This document shows positions 16,841-29,045 of a stretch of 64,000 nt of DNA, piece after piece. Source of the DNA: Rhodothermales bacterium (GTDB lineage Bacteria > Bacteroidota > Rhodothermia > Rhodothermales > VXPQ01). Location: NCBI GenBank assembly GCA_965248175.1, contig OZ252093.1, positions 596,148 through 660,147 on the forward strand, read 5' to 3'. The translations under genes were made by a program, and so were the position numbers. Position 1 is the stretch's first letter; every line of letters begins with the position of its first letter. The notes beneath the pieces are model-generated. The model ran no database searches and was not told the origin of the DNA. It saw only the letters and a program-made list of their open reading frames with translations.

Positions 16841-17573
16841 TCAGCGGACCCGCAGCCGCTGCCCCGACTTGACCGTGTCGGACGTCAACCCGTTCATGGC
16901 CCTGATCTGGTCGATGCGCACGCCGTATGTCCGGGAGATGATCCAAAGACTTTCACCCCGCGTCACGGTGTGATACACTGCTCCTTCCGCACCGCCTCCA
17001 GGCGAAGCGCCCTCTCCGAACGACCCGTTCCCGCCATCCGGCAACGCGCCTGAGGCGCCGCCCTGCGCATCCCCGGAAGCTTCTGCAAGACCCGTCGGTT
17101 TCTCCTCCGTCGAGGTGAGTTCGTTCGAGACGGATACCACACCCGGCACGCGCGCCGCCACCGCGGCAGCGCGCTCGCGCTGCGCCCAGGTAGCCACATG
17201 ACCGCGCAGGATAACATGTCCGGCTACCGCCTCCGGGTCGAACCGATGCGCACGCAGATCGCGCGTATCGACGAGCGCCAGTTGCACCTTTGCGGCCAGC
17301 GAAGCATCGCTTATTTTCCCGGAGACCGACCGGCTTTCGTCCGCATAACGGTCTGTCGAAGACGTTCCCGTAGCGCCATCGGCGCTCGCATCCATCGTCG
17401 TTCCGGGCGTCTCGCCCGCGCCAGCAGCCTCTTCAACCCCGGATGCCGGCGCAAGCGCCTCTTCCTCAGGCGTCGGATTGCTTGTGCAGCCGGACGAAAA
17501 CAGCAAACCGCAGCACAGCGCACCGAGAACGAGCCTTCCCGGCGCTAAATAATCCGGTCTTGCCCAGAACATC

Positions 17574-17581
<8 letters not shown>
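16841..17581 (-). CDS. BON-domain and LysM-domain envelope protein (probable lipoprotein)
   Basis: N-terminal hydrophobic stretch ending FSSGC. BON-like segment VILRGHVATWAQRERAAAVAARVPGVVSVSNEL. C-terminal LysM YHTVTRGESLWIISRTYGVRIDQIRAMNGL. The start is 17581 or 17572; the track start at 17701 overlaps trxB. Confidence 0.8.
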
Positions 17582-18587
<1,006 letters not shown>

Positions 18588-18637
18588 GGGAAAAGAGTGA
18601 TCGGGGCGATCAGGAAAAGGAAAAAGGCGCAGGGCTG

Positions 18638-18979
18638 TCAGACAGCTTGCGCAACAAGCGCATCAAGCCGGTCAACCAGATCCTTTTTGGGAGAAACCCC
18701 GACCAGTTGATCCGCAACCTGCCCGTCCTTGAAAAACAGCAGGGTCGGAATCGACCGGATCCCGTACTGCATCGGCGTCTCCGTATTGTGATCGACATCC
18801 ATCTTGACCACCTTCGCGCGTCCGGCGAATTCTCCGGCCAGTTCCTCGACCACCGGCGCAATCATACGGCACGGCCCGCACCAGGCGGCCCAGAAATCCA
18901 CGAGCACCGGCATGTCGGAGTCGAGCACTTCCTCTTTGAAACTGCTGTCCGTAACCGGCAGCGCATTATGCGTATCCAT
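18638..18979 (-). CDS. trxA: Thioredoxin
   Basis: 113 aa with [12 protein letters not shown] active site. Confidence 0.95.
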   Translation of the reverse strand: MDTHNALPVTDSSFKEEVLDSDMPVLVDFWAAWCGPCRMIAPVVEELAGEFAGRAKVVKMDVDHNTETPMQYGIRSIPTLLFFKDGQVADQLVGVSPKKDLVDRLDALVAQAV

Positions 18980-19099
18980 GTTGTTTCTCCGGAAATTGGG
19001 GCATAATCAGGGGTTCATTCGTCAGCGCAATACCGGGGACGTATTACACAGCATACAACAGAAAAAGGGTGCGTTGGTTTCCCTGTTCCGTTGCTGCGC

Positions 19100-21379
19100 C
19101 TACTGGTTCATATAGCTGGGGATGGCGTGTTCGTACGGACGGCAAAGTTCTTCTGCGGGCAGGTCAATGACCGGCTCACCGTCCAGAAGAATCGTCAGAT
19201 TTCCGGGGCGCACAACGCCCAGCCGCGTAAGGCGAACGGGGGCCGCCTCGACGGCGTGTTCGATCTCGACGGTTCGTTCCGCCGACGCACTGAACACGAT
19301 GCGGGATTGCGCCTCGCCGAACAACACCGCGTCCCGTCTCATACCCGGTGCGGCCAGATCGATTTCCGCGCCAGGGGCTTCCGTATGAAGCACACACTCG
19401 GCCAGCGCTACGGCCAGTCCTCCGTCGGAAACGTCGTGCGCGCTGCGCACGAGGCCTGCCTTGACAAGGTGCAGCATCGCCTCCTGCACTGCCGCTTCTT
19501 CCTCCAGCAGCATATACGGGGCGCCGCCCCGCACCAGCCCGTGTCGGCGCACCAGATACTCGGAGCCATTGATGTCCTCCCGGTGCGCCCAGTCTGCCGG
19601 GCTAAGCAGATACACCACATCGCCGGCCTCCCGGAAGGGCACGGTAACGACGCCGGTCTCGACATCCTCCACGATGCCCAGCATGCCGATCGTCGGGGTA
19701 GGGTAGACGGCGCCTTCCGGATTTTCGTTGTAGAAGGACACATTGCCGCCTGTCACCGGCGTGTCGAAGGTCCGGCAGGCGTCGCCCATGCCTCCAACCG
19801 CCTCCGTAAAGGCCCAGTAGACCTCCGGCTTGTACGGGTTGCCGAAATTAAGACAGTTCGTGATAGCCACCGGCCTGCCCCCGGCGCATACCACGTTCCG
19901 GGCCGCCTCCGCCACGGCGATGCGCCCACCCTGACGCGGGTCGAGATACACATACCGTCCGTTGCAGTCGGTCTTGACGGCCAGTCCCTTGTTCGTGCCC
20001 TTGATGCGCACCACAGCGGCATCGCTCAATCCCGGGCCTGCCAGCGTGTTCGTCCGCACCATCGTATCGTACTGCTCGAACACCCAGCGCTTCGAGGCGA
20101 TATTCGGGGAGCCGAGCAGGTCGAGCAGCACCGCACCGGCGTCGGTCGCCGGCACATCTGGCACGTCAGCGAGGTCCAGCGCAATATCGTCGAGCCGGGC
20201 CGGGCGGCGCGTTTCCCGGTGATACACGGGCGCCCCGCCTCCCAGTACGAGATGATCGGCTTCCACGTCCGCAACCAGCACGCCGTGCCAGAAAATCTTT
20301 ACGCGGGGTTCGTGAATGACCTCTCCTATACATTCCGCATGCAGGTCCCATTTGCGGAAAATGGTCTCGATCTCATCCTCCCGGCCCTGCTCGCACACGA
20401 GCAGCATCCGCTCCTGGCTCTCCGAAAGCATGATCTCGTAGGGGGTCATCCCCGCTTCGCGCTGCGGCACCTTGTCCACATGAACAATCATGCCGCACTC
20501 GCCCTTCGCACTCATTTCGCAGGAGGAACAGGTAAGCCCGGCGGCCCCCATATCCTGAATGCCCACGATCGCGCCGCTGGCGATGGCCTCCAGCGTGGCC
20601 TCCAGCAAAAGCTTTTCGGTGAATGGATCGCCCACCTGCACGCTGGGGCGCTTCGCCTCACTCCCCTCCGCAATTTCCTCGGAGGCGAAGGTAGCGCCAT
20701 GAATGCCGTCCCGCCCGGTCGAGGACCCCACGATATATACCGGATTCCCCACGCCCTCGGCAATAGCCGAAGCGGTTTGTCCGATTTTCGCCACCCCCAC
20801 GCTCATGGCGTTGACAAGGGGATTGCCCTCATAGGACGGATCGAAATACACCTCACCGGCCACGGTGGGCACGCCGAAGGAATTGCCGTAATCCCCGATT
20901 CCGCGCACCACCCCGTCGAAGAGATAGCGCACGCGGGGGTTGTCCAGCGCGCCGAACCGGAGCGAATTGAGCGAACAGATGGGCCGGGCGCCCATCGTGA
21001 AGATGTCGCGCTGGATGCCGCCCACGCCGGTAGCGGCCCCCTGGTAGGGCTCCACCGCTGACGGGTGATTATGCGATTCGATTTTAAACGCGACCGCAAG
21101 ACCGTCCCCGATATCGACGAGGCCGGCGTTTTCCTCCCCGGCTTCCGCGAGAAGCGCTTCGCCCTCCCGGGGAAGTGTCTTCAGCAGAGCAATGGAGTTC
21201 TTGTAGGAACAGTGTTCGCTCCACATGACGGAATAAATGCCCAGCTCGACGAAGGTCGGCGTGCGACCGAGCTTGTCGAGGATCCATCCATATTCCTCGT
21301 CCGTCAATCCATGATCCCGGGCCATCTCTATGGTGACTTCCGGGGTCGCGTCCGGCTGATCCGGCCTTGTTTCCGCCAT
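19100..21379 (-). CDS. purL: Phosphoribosylformylglycinamidine synthase subunit PurL
   Basis: ...[10 protein letters not shown]...[23 protein letters not shown]... with the duplicated AIR-synthase-like fold pattern. Start taken at MAETRPDQ (21379). Confidence 0.95.
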   Translation of the reverse strand: MAETRPDQPDATPEVTIEMARDHGLTDEEYGWILDKLGRTPTFVELGIYSVMWSEHCSYKNSIALLKTLPREGEALLAEAGEENAGLVDIGDGLAVAFKIESHNHPSAVEPYQGAATGVGGIQRDIFTMGARPICSLNSLRFGALDNPRVRYLFDGVVRGIGDYGNSFGVPTVAGEVYFDPSYEGNPLVNAMSVGVAKIGQTASAIAEGVGNPVYIVGSSTGRDGIHGATFASEEIAEGSEAKRPSVQVGDPFTEKLLLEATLEAIASGAIVGIQDMGAAGLTCSSCEMSAKGECGMIVHVDKVPQREAGMTPYEIMLSESQERMLLVCEQGREDEIETIFRKWDLHAECIGEVIHEPRVKIFWHGVLVADVEADHLVLGGGAPVYHRETRRPARLDDIALDLADVPDVPATDAGAVLLDLLGSPNIASKRWVFEQYDTMVRTNTLAGPGLSDAAVVRIKGTNKGLAVKTDCNGRYVYLDPRQGGRIAVAEAARNVVCAGGRPVAITNCLNFGNPYKPEVYWAFTEAVGGMGDACRTFDTPVTGGNVSFYNENPEGAVYPTPTIGMLGIVEDVETGVVTVPFREAGDVVYLLSPADWAHREDINGSEYLVRRHGLVRGGAPYMLLEEEAAVQEAMLHLVKAGLVRSAHDVSDGGLAVALAECVLHTEAPGAEIDLAAPGMRRDAVLFGEAQSRIVFSASAERTVEIEHAVEAAPVRLTRLGVVRPGNLTILLDGEPVIDLPAEELCRPYEHAIPSYMNQ

Positions 21380-21566
21380 GCCTGCGTGAATGGGTAATAC
21401 GTCTCTGCTATGCCCGTAGAAATATAGCCCGCAGGCGACCGGTTTCATATGGAGAAATCGTTACTTCAACGTAATATGCAGTATTCGTTTTTCCCGATTC
21501 CGTGGTATACTATATGAATACGGTATACTGGAATGTGAACAGGCCCCGAGGCAACCCGGCGAACTC

Positions 21567-21953
21567 ATGCTGAAGATTATCCCGAACATCCCGGTGGCAG
21601 ACCTTGAACGCTCCGTCGAGTTTTACCTGGATATTCTTGGTTTCGAGATGATCAACATACGGGGGCGCGGCGAAATGGCGCGGGCGCACCTGCGCAGAGG
21701 CGAGGTAGAAATCATTTTCCGTTCCTGTGACCCGGAGGCGCCGCTCCCGTTTCCCGACCCGTTCCTGACGAACCAGGTCATCCTGCACATTCAGGTGAAC
21801 GACATCCTCGCCTTGTACGACCGCATCAAGGAGAATCCGGTGGAAGTGGTGCAGGCGCTCGAGCCCACGCTCTTCGGGGCTGCCCAATTCATGATTCGCG
21901 ACATCGACGGGCGCATCATTTCCTTCGACCAGCCAGGAAACGTGCAGGGATAG
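21567..21953 (+). CDS. VOC-family (glyoxalase/bleomycin-resistance-like) protein
   Basis: 128 aa. IPVADLERSVEFYLDILGFE ... FMIRDIDGRIISF is typical of the VOC fold. Confidence 0.8.
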   Translation: MLKIIPNIPVADLERSVEFYLDILGFEMINIRGRGEMARAHLRRGEVEIIFRSCDPEAPLPFPDPFLTNQVILHIQVNDILALYDRIKENPVEVVQALEPTLFGAAQFMIRDIDGRIISFDQPGNVQG

Positions 21954-22023
21954 GCCCTGCAGGAAATACGCACCTGCAAAGGACATGACCGGGGGGATGC
22001 GCTATGGCGCAGATTCCCTCCCG

Positions 22024-22863
22024 CTACCCGATGTGCATCTGCAATTCCTCGCGCCGGTGCTTCTGGCGCAGCTTGCGAAGAGCTTTTTCCTTGATCTGAC
22101 GAACGCGCTCGCGAGTCAGGTCGAAACGCTGGCCTATTTCTTCGAGCGTCAGTGGGTGCTCGCGCCCGATCCCGAAATAAAGGCGGGTAATCTCCGCTTC
22201 ACGGTCCTGCAACAAAGCCAGCGCACATTCAATATCGATTTTGATGGACTCTTCCAGAAGGGTTTCGTCCGGAGAAATATCTTCGTCGTCAGAAAATATA
22301 TCCAGTAAACTATTGTCGTCGTCCTCATTGAACGGTGCATCCATCGAGAGGTGGCGCCCCGTATGCTGCATGGCCTCGCGGACCTTGTGGACGTCGATCT
22401 CAAGCTCCTCGGCCAATTCCTCGATATTCGGCGCCCGTTCATGCTCTTGGGAAAGCCGGGCGCTGGTCTTGCGAATCTTCGAAATCGTGCCAATGCGGTT
22501 CAGCGGCAATCGCACCACGCGGCTTTGTTCGGCCAGAGCCTGCAAAATGGCCTGACGAATCCACCAGACAGCGTACGAGATAAACTTGAATCCGCGGGTC
22601 TCGTCGAACCGCTGAGCCGCCTTGATAAGCCCGTAATTACCTTCGTTGATCAGGTCGGCGAGGGACAATCCCTGTCCCTGATATTTTTTGGCCACGGAGA
22701 CCACGAAGCGCAGATTCGCACGGGTCAGTTTGTGCAATGCTTCCTGATCTCCACCATGGATGCGCTGGGCCAGATATACCTCTTCATCCGGTTCAAGAAG
22801 CGGGATGCGACCGATCTCCTGGAGATACTGGTCCAGCATCCGCTGCTGACGGGGGACATACAT
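22024..22863 (-). CDS. rpoD: Primary-type RNA polymerase sigma-70 factor (short Bacteroidota-type SigA)
   Basis: Regions 1.2-4 are recognisable: [85 protein letters not shown]. Confidence 0.9.
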   Translation of the reverse strand: MYVPRQQRMLDQYLQEIGRIPLLEPDEEVYLAQRIHGGDQEALHKLTRANLRFVVSVAKKYQGQGLSLADLINEGNYGLIKAAQRFDETRGFKFISYAVWWIRQAILQALAEQSRVVRLPLNRIGTISKIRKTSARLSQEHERAPNIEELAEELEIDVHKVREAMQHTGRHLSMDAPFNEDDDNSLLDIFSDDEDISPDETLLEESIKIDIECALALLQDREAEITRLYFGIGREHPLTLEEIGQRFDLTRERVRQIKEKALRKLRQKHRREELQMHIG

Positions 22864-23099
22864 AGGTCAGGCTGGGGTTGTAGCGGTAGTGCGGAATGGT
22901 TTGCCGTTTACTTGAAAAAACCTGGACAAAGCGTCCTGTGCGCCACAAGGCCGGAAAAGCATTGGCCTTCCTGGCGCCCTATCGTATCGAGTCGGTTACA
23001 ATCCATGCCTGCAAACAAAAAAAGTTCCGGATACTTCCCGATTTCGATGCGAAAGACGCATTCGTTACAAGATGCGTATAGCTATTGAATACGGAAGTC

Positions 23100-24710
23100 C
23101 TACCGGCGTTCCCGGGCATGGGTTTCCGAATCGAGTAAGGCGATCACGGCGTCGGCGATCTCGCGATGCTCGCACAGGCGCGGCACTTTGGCTTGACCGC
23201 TTAACCGTCCCCGCGTTTCCCGGAGCCACGCATGAAACGTTCCAGGGGGCAGCGCCACCACCTCAGGCCGCTCGAACGCCTGCGCCTCACGGCGAATCCG
23301 GTAATGCCGGTTAAATTCATTGAGGTAATCGTCTATTTCGCTCGAAAAACGATCCATGCTGTCCGGCGCCCGTTCGAATTCCACCAGCCACTGATGGGAC
23401 GGGGGGCGATCCGTTGCCGGGGGGTTCGGAGCAACATGAAAATCACGTACCTGCGCGCCCGTACGCTCACAGGCAATGTGCAGCGCATGGCGTGCTTCCT
23501 CGCTGAAAACGGCCTCTCCGTACTTGTCTATCATCTCGTTCGTACGCCCCGCCACGAAGATTTTATGCGGAGCAGTATCCGTGAAACGCACCACATCCCC
23601 GACGGGGTAACCCCAGAGCCCGCTGCACGTGGAAACGAAAAGGCCGTACCGCACATCGGTTTCCACCTCGCCGATCGTATATCGACGCGCATTCGGATCG
23701 TTGATCTCGTCCATCCGGACAAATTCGAAAAACACGCCGTTGTCGAGGTGCAGGAGCATGGCCGGATCGCTCGCGTCATCCTGAAAGGAGAAAAATCCTT
23801 CCGAGGCGCCATACACCTCCAGAAACTGTAGTTTCGGCAAGGCGATCTTTTCCTGGAGCAATTCCCGATAGGAACTCAGCGCCACGCCCCCCGCAATGAA
23901 TACCCGCAACCGGGGCCATACGTCGGCGACCGTCCTGGCGTCGGAACCGAACCGCTCCCGATGCTGCCGGATGAGTTCGTCGAAAAAAACCATGGCCCAT
24001 GATGGGACCATGACCAGACACCGCACGTCCATTCCCACGGTCCGCCGGGCGACCGTACGCAACTTTTCTTCCCAGTTCGGCAGAAAGGCTACCTCGTTCG
24101 GGACAGCCTGAAGAATATGCCGGTATAAAAAAGGCACATGTTCCGCCTGAAGCCCACTGACCTCCCCGATTTTCATGCCGGGATAGGCCGGGTCCTCTTC
24201 GATGCGGCCGGGCAGCGCAACGTGCTTGCCCAGCAGGTACCCGACATTGCCCGTCCGGGCCAAATACGTCATCCCGACAGAAAGCATGAAACGGCGATTC
24301 GCGGTAAACATTTCCGCACTCACCGGTATGATCTTGCCGGTGGATGTCGTCCCGCTCGATACCGCGAAGTGCCGGAACCTGCCGGGCCATATAACATCTT
24401 GCGCTCCGCCACGGATACGACGTATGTCCTCCTCGAAGTCGCCGTAGGTATGGAGCGGAACGCGGGCCTGATACGCTGCAACCACATCCCGGGCGCGGGC
24501 GATCTCCCCGAACCCGTACCGGCGGCCCCACTCCGTGCCGGCGGCCTGCTGCAAGAGGCCTCGCAACAGGGTATGCTGCACATGCACCGGGTCCTTTAAA
24601 AACCCTTCCACTTTCGCGAGCGTTCGTGAGGGAAACCGAACCGCCGGTTTTGCAGCGGCATTTGTAGAATGGTGTACATCGGCACCGTTTGCGCCAGACC
24701 AAGTAAACAT
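23100..24710 (-). CDS. GH3 (auxin-responsive-promoter) family adenylating enzyme
   Basis: ...TEWGRRYGF..I...Y...VPLHTYGDFE..I.R...G..DV.WPG....FA.SSGTTS.GK.IPVS... is a typical bacterial GH3. The track ORF (to 25766) is an antisense-extended artefact; the ATG at 24710 is used. Confidence 0.85.
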   Translation of the reverse strand: MFTWSGANGADVHHSTNAAAKPAVRFPSRTLAKVEGFLKDPVHVQHTLLRGLLQQAAGTEWGRRYGFGEIARARDVVAAYQARVPLHTYGDFEEDIRRIRGGAQDVIWPGRFRHFAVSSGTTSTGKIIPVSAEMFTANRRFMLSVGMTYLARTGNVGYLLGKHVALPGRIEEDPAYPGMKIGEVSGLQAEHVPFLYRHILQAVPNEVAFLPNWEEKLRTVARRTVGMDVRCLVMVPSWAMVFFDELIRQHRERFGSDARTVADVWPRLRVFIAGGVALSSYRELLQEKIALPKLQFLEVYGASEGFFSFQDDASDPAMLLHLDNGVFFEFVRMDEINDPNARRYTIGEVETDVRYGLFVSTCSGLWGYPVGDVVRFTDTAPHKIFVAGRTNEMIDKYGEAVFSEEARHALHIACERTGAQVRDFHVAPNPPATDRPPSHQWLVEFERAPDSMDRFSSEIDDYLNEFNRHYRIRREAQAFERPEVVALPPGTFHAWLRETRGRLSGQAKVPRLCEHREIADAVIALLDSETHARERR

Positions 24711-24738
24711 ACTAAGACAACGTCCGAAACAGGTCTTT

Positions 24739-25662
24739 ATGTTCGAAATACCCCCCGCAAAAACGATATCCGACCCCGATGCGTTCCTTTTGCGCGTACG
24801 CGGGCATACGCTGGATTGTACGCCAGGGATGGCCTCCGGGGCGCGTGTCATGGGCATTCTGAACGTAACCCCGGATTCGTTTTCGGACGGCGGAACGTAC
24901 ACTTCCGTGCCGGCGGCGTTGCGCCGCGTCGAGGAAATGCTCGACGAAGGTGCTTCGCTCATCGACATAGGCGGGGAATCGTCCCGTCCGCGCGGCACTG
25001 TGTATGGCGAAGGGGCCTCCGCCGTTCCGATCCGCGAAGAAATAAATCGGGTGCTTCCTGTCGTGGAAGCCGTGGTCGACTGCTTTCCCGAAGCTATTCT
25101 GTCCATCGACACCTGGAAGCCGGAAGTGGCGGAGGCGGCACTCGCAGCGGGGGCGCACATCATTAACGATGTCACCGGACTTCGATATACCGGGGAAACG
25201 GCAACCGTAGCAGCCAGGTACAATGCCCCGCTCGTCATCATGCACTCGATCGGTAAACCGGGCGCTATGCCGGCCCGGCACGAGTATGCGGATGTCGTGC
25301 GCGAAGTCACGGCTTCGTTGGCCGCCAGCCTGGAACGGGCAGAAGCGGCGGGAGTGCGGCACATTGTGGTCGATCCCGGTTTCGGTTTCGGGAAACGCCA
25401 CGAAGAAAACCTGCAACTGCTTGGTGCGGTGGGAGATATATTTGAAATGGGACGCCCGGTCATGATCGGCGTATCGCGGAAAAGCGCTATCGGGGCAATC
25501 CTCGGCACACCCGATGATCCTGCCCCGGTCGGAGAACGGCTTTTCGGATCCCTGGGCGCCACGGCGGTCGGGGTCCTGCGCGGCGCCTCCATCGTACGCA
25601 CCCACGACGTACGGCCCACCGTGGAATTGCTCAAGGGCATGGGCGCTGCCCTGTATGCATAG
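24739..25662 (+). CDS. folP: Dihydropteroate synthase
   Basis: VMGILNVTPDSFSDGG, IDIGGESSRP, DTWKPEVA, INDV and DPGFGFGK motifs. Start at MFEIPP (24739), 28 bp from the divergent GH3 start. Confidence 0.95.
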   Translation: MFEIPPAKTISDPDAFLLRVRGHTLDCTPGMASGARVMGILNVTPDSFSDGGTYTSVPAALRRVEEMLDEGASLIDIGGESSRPRGTVYGEGASAVPIREEINRVLPVVEAVVDCFPEAILSIDTWKPEVAEAALAAGAHIINDVTGLRYTGETATVAARYNAPLVIMHSIGKPGAMPARHEYADVVREVTASLAASLERAEAAGVRHIVVDPGFGFGKRHEENLQLLGAVGDIFEMGRPVMIGVSRKSAIGAILGTPDDPAPVGERLFGSLGATAVGVLRGASIVRTHDVRPTVELLKGMGAALYA

Positions 25663-25686
25663 GCAACACCGGAATACGATAACATT

Positions 25687-26481
25687 GTGCAGATAACCGA
25701 TTGGTTCATACCGCTCCGCATCGTCGATTTCGTCGAAATCGCAGCGGTGTCGTACATCCTGTACAAGCTCTACCGGTTCATGCGGGGTACGATCGCCTTG
25801 CAGATATTGATCGGGCTCATTGCGCTGTACGTCGTGCAGGTGATCGTGACGGCGGTAGACATGACCATGCTTCCGGCCCTTTTTTCGGCGATCGGCGAGG
25901 TGGCCGTACTGGCGGTCATCATTCTGTTTCAGCCGGAAATACGGCGCGTACTGCTCTTGCTGGGGCGTAATCCGCTGATAAGGCGCTTCGTCAGTTCGCC
26001 CGCACAGGAAAGAACGATGCTGGAAGTCATTGCCGCCGTGGAGAAAATGAGCAAGGACCGCGTGGGCGCATTGATCGCATTCGAACGCTCCTCGGGCCTG
26101 CGGAACTACACCGAAACAGGCATTAGCATTGAGGGAAATGTCTCCCGCGACTTGCTGGTCACTATCTTTCACGGACAAAATCCCCTTCATGACGGAGCCG
26201 TCATCATAAGTAGCCACCGGATGGAAGCTGCGCGATGCATCTTGCCGGTCTCGAGCAACATAAAACCGGGTACGCCCATGGGGTTGCGCCATCGCGCAGC
26301 CATCGGCCTTTCCGAACAGACGGATGCTTTCGTCATCGTCGTTTCTGAGGAAACGGGCGACATTTCCGTATCGGTGGATGGCGAATTGCGACAAAATTTG
26401 TCCGCCAATGACCTGCGGATAAGCCTCACCGAGGCGTTTTCCCAGCACCCCGACCATGAACCAGCCCCTGTCGAGACGTAA
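25687..26481 (+). CDS. cdaA: Diadenylate cyclase CdaA (membrane-anchored DAC domain)
   Basis: Three N-terminal TM helices, then GALIAFER, PLHDGAVII, RHRAA.GLSE..DA..IVVSEETG.IS. Confidence 0.9.
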   Translation: MQITDWFIPLRIVDFVEIAAVSYILYKLYRFMRGTIALQILIGLIALYVVQVIVTAVDMTMLPALFSAIGEVAVLAVIILFQPEIRRVLLLLGRNPLIRRFVSSPAQERTMLEVIAAVEKMSKDRVGALIAFERSSGLRNYTETGISIEGNVSRDLLVTIFHGQNPLHDGAVIISSHRMEAARCILPVSSNIKPGTPMGLRHRAAIGLSEQTDAFVIVVSEETGDISVSVDGELRQNLSANDLRISLTEAFSQHPDHEPAPVET

Positions 26482-26483
26482 TC

Positions 26484-27152
26484 ATGCTGCGTGACGGCGT
26501 ATTCGACCGGCGACGGCAGCGGCTCGTAGATCAGATGCGGGAGAACGGTATTACCGACGAGCGCGTGCTGGCCGCCATTGGCTCGGTGCATCGACACCGG
26601 TTTGTAGAAGGGGCGTTCAGGCCGCGCGCCTACGAGGACGAGGCGCTGCCGATCGGCATGAAGCAAACGATATCGCAGCCCTTTACGGTGGCGTACCAGA
26701 CCATGCTGCTGAATCCGCATCCGGGAGATCGGATTCTCGAAGTGGGCACCGGCAGCGGGTATCAGGCGGCCGTACTCTGCGAAATGGGCGCCCGCGTATT
26801 TTCCATCGAGCGCCACGGGCCTCTGCTGGCCCGCACGCACAGCATTCTTGAATCGCTCGGATACCGGGTCGTGCTCAGAACCGGTGACGGCACCCTGGGA
26901 TGGGCCTCCCAGGCTCCTTTCGATGGCATTGTTGTGACTGCCGGCGCATCGGAAGCGCCGGAGGCGCTCCTCCGACAACTTCGCATCGAAGGAGAAGACG
27001 ACAAGCCGGCCGGTCGGCTGGTAATTCCTGTCGGCGACCGCCGCACGCAGACCATGAATCTGTACCGGCGTCTCGGTGAAGACAATTACGAGCGGACGAT
27101 CAGCAGGGATTTCAAGTTCGTCCCGCTGATCGGGCAGCAGGGGGGGCTGTAG
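26484..27152 (+). CDS. pcm: Protein-L-isoaspartate O-methyltransferase
   Basis: QTISQP, LEVGTGSGYQAAVL and the V.SIER.. pattern. Confidence 0.95.
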   Translation: MLRDGVFDRRRQRLVDQMRENGITDERVLAAIGSVHRHRFVEGAFRPRAYEDEALPIGMKQTISQPFTVAYQTMLLNPHPGDRILEVGTGSGYQAAVLCEMGARVFSIERHGPLLARTHSILESLGYRVVLRTGDGTLGWASQAPFDGIVVTAGASEAPEALLRQLRIEGEDDKPAGRLVIPVGDRRTQTMNLYRRLGEDNYERTISRDFKFVPLIGQQGGL

Positions 27153-27170
27153 AAGCGAACCGCCGCGGGG

Positions 27171-28544
27171 CTACTCGACGATGGTGCACATGCCGGTGTC
27201 GAAGGCCTCCCGAAGCGCCTCCGTGGCTTCCCTGCGAAGGGCTTCCGCACTGGCATTACCCTCATGCAGCAGGGCGATACCTATGCTCACCCCATCCTCC
27301 AGCAACCCGGAATAACTGAGCATATCCTGCTGGAGCCGGATCGCCCATTGCTCCACGGCTACACCCTCTTCCTTGAAGAACACGCCGAACATAAGTTCGC
27401 CGAACCGCTCGACGCGAGCGCCCTGGACGGTCTCTCTTAGCCTCTGCACCAACAGGCTCTCGGCTTGCATGACCACCCGCTTGCCTCCTTCGTCGGCGAC
27501 CTCCTCGGCACGATTCAGGTAAACGAGAGCCAGTGCAAGGGGTGTGCCCTGATCACGCGCCTGCCATATCTCTTCCTCGATGATTTCACTCCGCGGACGA
27601 ACGTCTTCTTTCGATTCCTGCAGCAGTTCGTCGCATATCCCCATCTCGAGAATGTTGCCCAGGAGATGGGCAAAATGAGTGGACAGTAACTGTTTTTCCT
27701 CAGAATCGAGTATGTGCTCCCGCATCGCATCGGCAAGCAGCACGTATTGGGCCAGCGACGAAGGAACCGGAACGGGGAAAAGAACCACTTCCTTGACCGC
27801 AACCCGTTGCCGGTAATACCCGCACACATTCCCTGAAAGTTGGTCTTCGGATGCACGGAGCACATGCAGCCCCGGCTGCCGATGCTCCCATTGCAAGAGA
27901 GGGGTTTTCGATACAAAAAGACCGTTGCCGCGGGCGTTGCCGTTGAGGCTGACGATGGCCTCGATATGGTACTGTGGCGCCCTTTTCGGCTGCCTCAACA
28001 AGCAAACCGTATTGGCCTGGGCAATGGCGCGGTACGCCTGCAAATAGGGAAGGAGTACTTCACACAGCGATTTGTGCGCCGACTCGTTGACGGATATCCG
28101 AACGCTCTGCGACTGTTCCTGAATGGAAAAATCCAGGGTGCCCTGTATGGGTACGACCATACGGGCGCCGTTCGTTTCCGGGGGGCCATTCGTCCCGGAC
28201 GCCGCCGGCCCATTTCCCGAAACGACCTCTGTTGACGAGCCTGCTTCATCCTCTCCGGATCCGTCGGCGGACCCTTTCGGACGAATGTCCAGAATGCCGA
28301 ACGAAGCAAGAGCCCTTTGCTTGTCCCCTTCCTCTTCCGGGGCATCGGCTGTAATATCGGGCAGGGGTTCCGGCTTCCCCTTATACCTGTTGCGCCGCTG
28401 ATGTCGACGCACAACATGAACTATCGCCATAATCAAGGCGATGCTCAGTGAAGCGCCAGCCGCTACAAACAGTAAAGGTTGTTCAATGACCACCGCCAAC
28501 ACAGCGGCCACCACCGCCACGATGACAAAAAGAATGCGGAACAT
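27171..28544 (-). CDS. Membrane protein with a C-terminal degenerate GGDEF-like domain (GELMF in place of GGDEF)
   Basis: N-terminal TM hairpin. The C-terminus PLALALVYLNRAEEV...ARVERFGELMFGVFF...GVSIGIALL...ALRREATEALREAFDTG follows the GGDEF fold order but lacks the catalytic residues. Confidence 0.55.
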   Translation of the reverse strand: MFRILFVIVAVVAAVLAVVIEQPLLFVAAGASLSIALIMAIVHVVRRHQRRNRYKGKPEPLPDITADAPEEEGDKQRALASFGILDIRPKGSADGSGEDEAGSSTEVVSGNGPAASGTNGPPETNGARMVVPIQGTLDFSIQEQSQSVRISVNESAHKSLCEVLLPYLQAYRAIAQANTVCLLRQPKRAPQYHIEAIVSLNGNARGNGLFVSKTPLLQWEHRQPGLHVLRASEDQLSGNVCGYYRQRVAVKEVVLFPVPVPSSLAQYVLLADAMREHILDSEEKQLLSTHFAHLLGNILEMGICDELLQESKEDVRPRSEIIEEEIWQARDQGTPLALALVYLNRAEEVADEGGKRVVMQAESLLVQRLRETVQGARVERFGELMFGVFFKEEGVAVEQWAIRLQQDMLSYSGLLEDGVSIGIALLHEGNASAEALRREATEALREAFDTGMCTIVE

Positions 28545-28703
28545 ATCCTGTCATATACCGCCAGTGAACAGGGGAATGAAAACGAGACAGATACGGCACC
28601 GTATTGGGTGGAAACAGAATGCCATAAATAATCTACGAAATAGTACAGGTAATATCAACAAATCTTAAAATCTTTCAACTGTTTACGCGGCGCCCTGGAA
28701 ATG

Positions 28704-28724
28704 CTGCGCAGATCGGCTGCGCAG
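28704..28724 (-). terminator. Hairpin CTGCGCAG-ATCGG-CTGCGCAG ~40 nt past the ancestral ftsX stop (possible native terminator)
   Basis: 8-bp self-complementary arms read directly. There is no clear U-tract. Confidence 0.25.
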
Positions 28725-28776
28725 TGTAATCGATATCAGAGAAAAGAATGATGCCGCTTAATTGCTAATGCAATGC

Positions 28777-28784
28777 TATGTTTC
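28777..28784. repeat. Target-site duplication TATGTTTC (left copy)
   Basis: Identical 8-mer directly abutting both IS ends. Confidence 0.85.
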
Positions 28785-28806
28785 GGGGATTATATAGATA
28801 GGTGAA
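28785..28806. repeat. IS terminal inverted repeat (left)
   Basis: GGGGATTATATAGATAGGTGAA; its exact reverse complement is at 30039-30060. Confidence 0.9.
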
Positions 28807-29045
28807 CGCCGGGTTTGGGGTCTCCGGGTGAATCGTTGCCTTTTCACCCTTCTCGCATGAACAACCGTGTCGCCTCGGCAATCGTCATTGCGCCGTATCG
28901 CGGATTCGAGCAATGGGCAATCTCCGGGGCGGTGGGGTCTCGCTTCGGCTTGTCTGGTTCGGGTTTCATCATGCTGCCAGATATGCCATGAGGTATTCCA
29001 TGCCGCATGGCCTACTCCTGAAACATGTGTGAGGCATGTACAGGG

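Noticed and set aside
19091-21061. 656-aa plus-strand ORF
   Set aside because: It is antisense to purL and has His/Arg/Gly-rich artefact composition.
22864-23099. Promoter or terminator calls in the rpoD upstream / GH3 downstream spacer (6-bp stem ACGCAT...ATGCGT)
   Set aside because: The stem is too short, there is no U-tract and no convincing -35/-10 pair. The evidence is insufficient.
24711-25766. N-terminal 350 aa of the 888-aa track ORF 23100-25766
   Set aside because: This part is antisense to folP and has a biased Ser/Thr/Ala/Arg composition. GH3 homology starts only after the ATG at 24710.
24712-26457. 581-aa minus-strand ORF
   Set aside because: It is antisense to the well-supported folP and cdaA genes and has no recognisable motifs.
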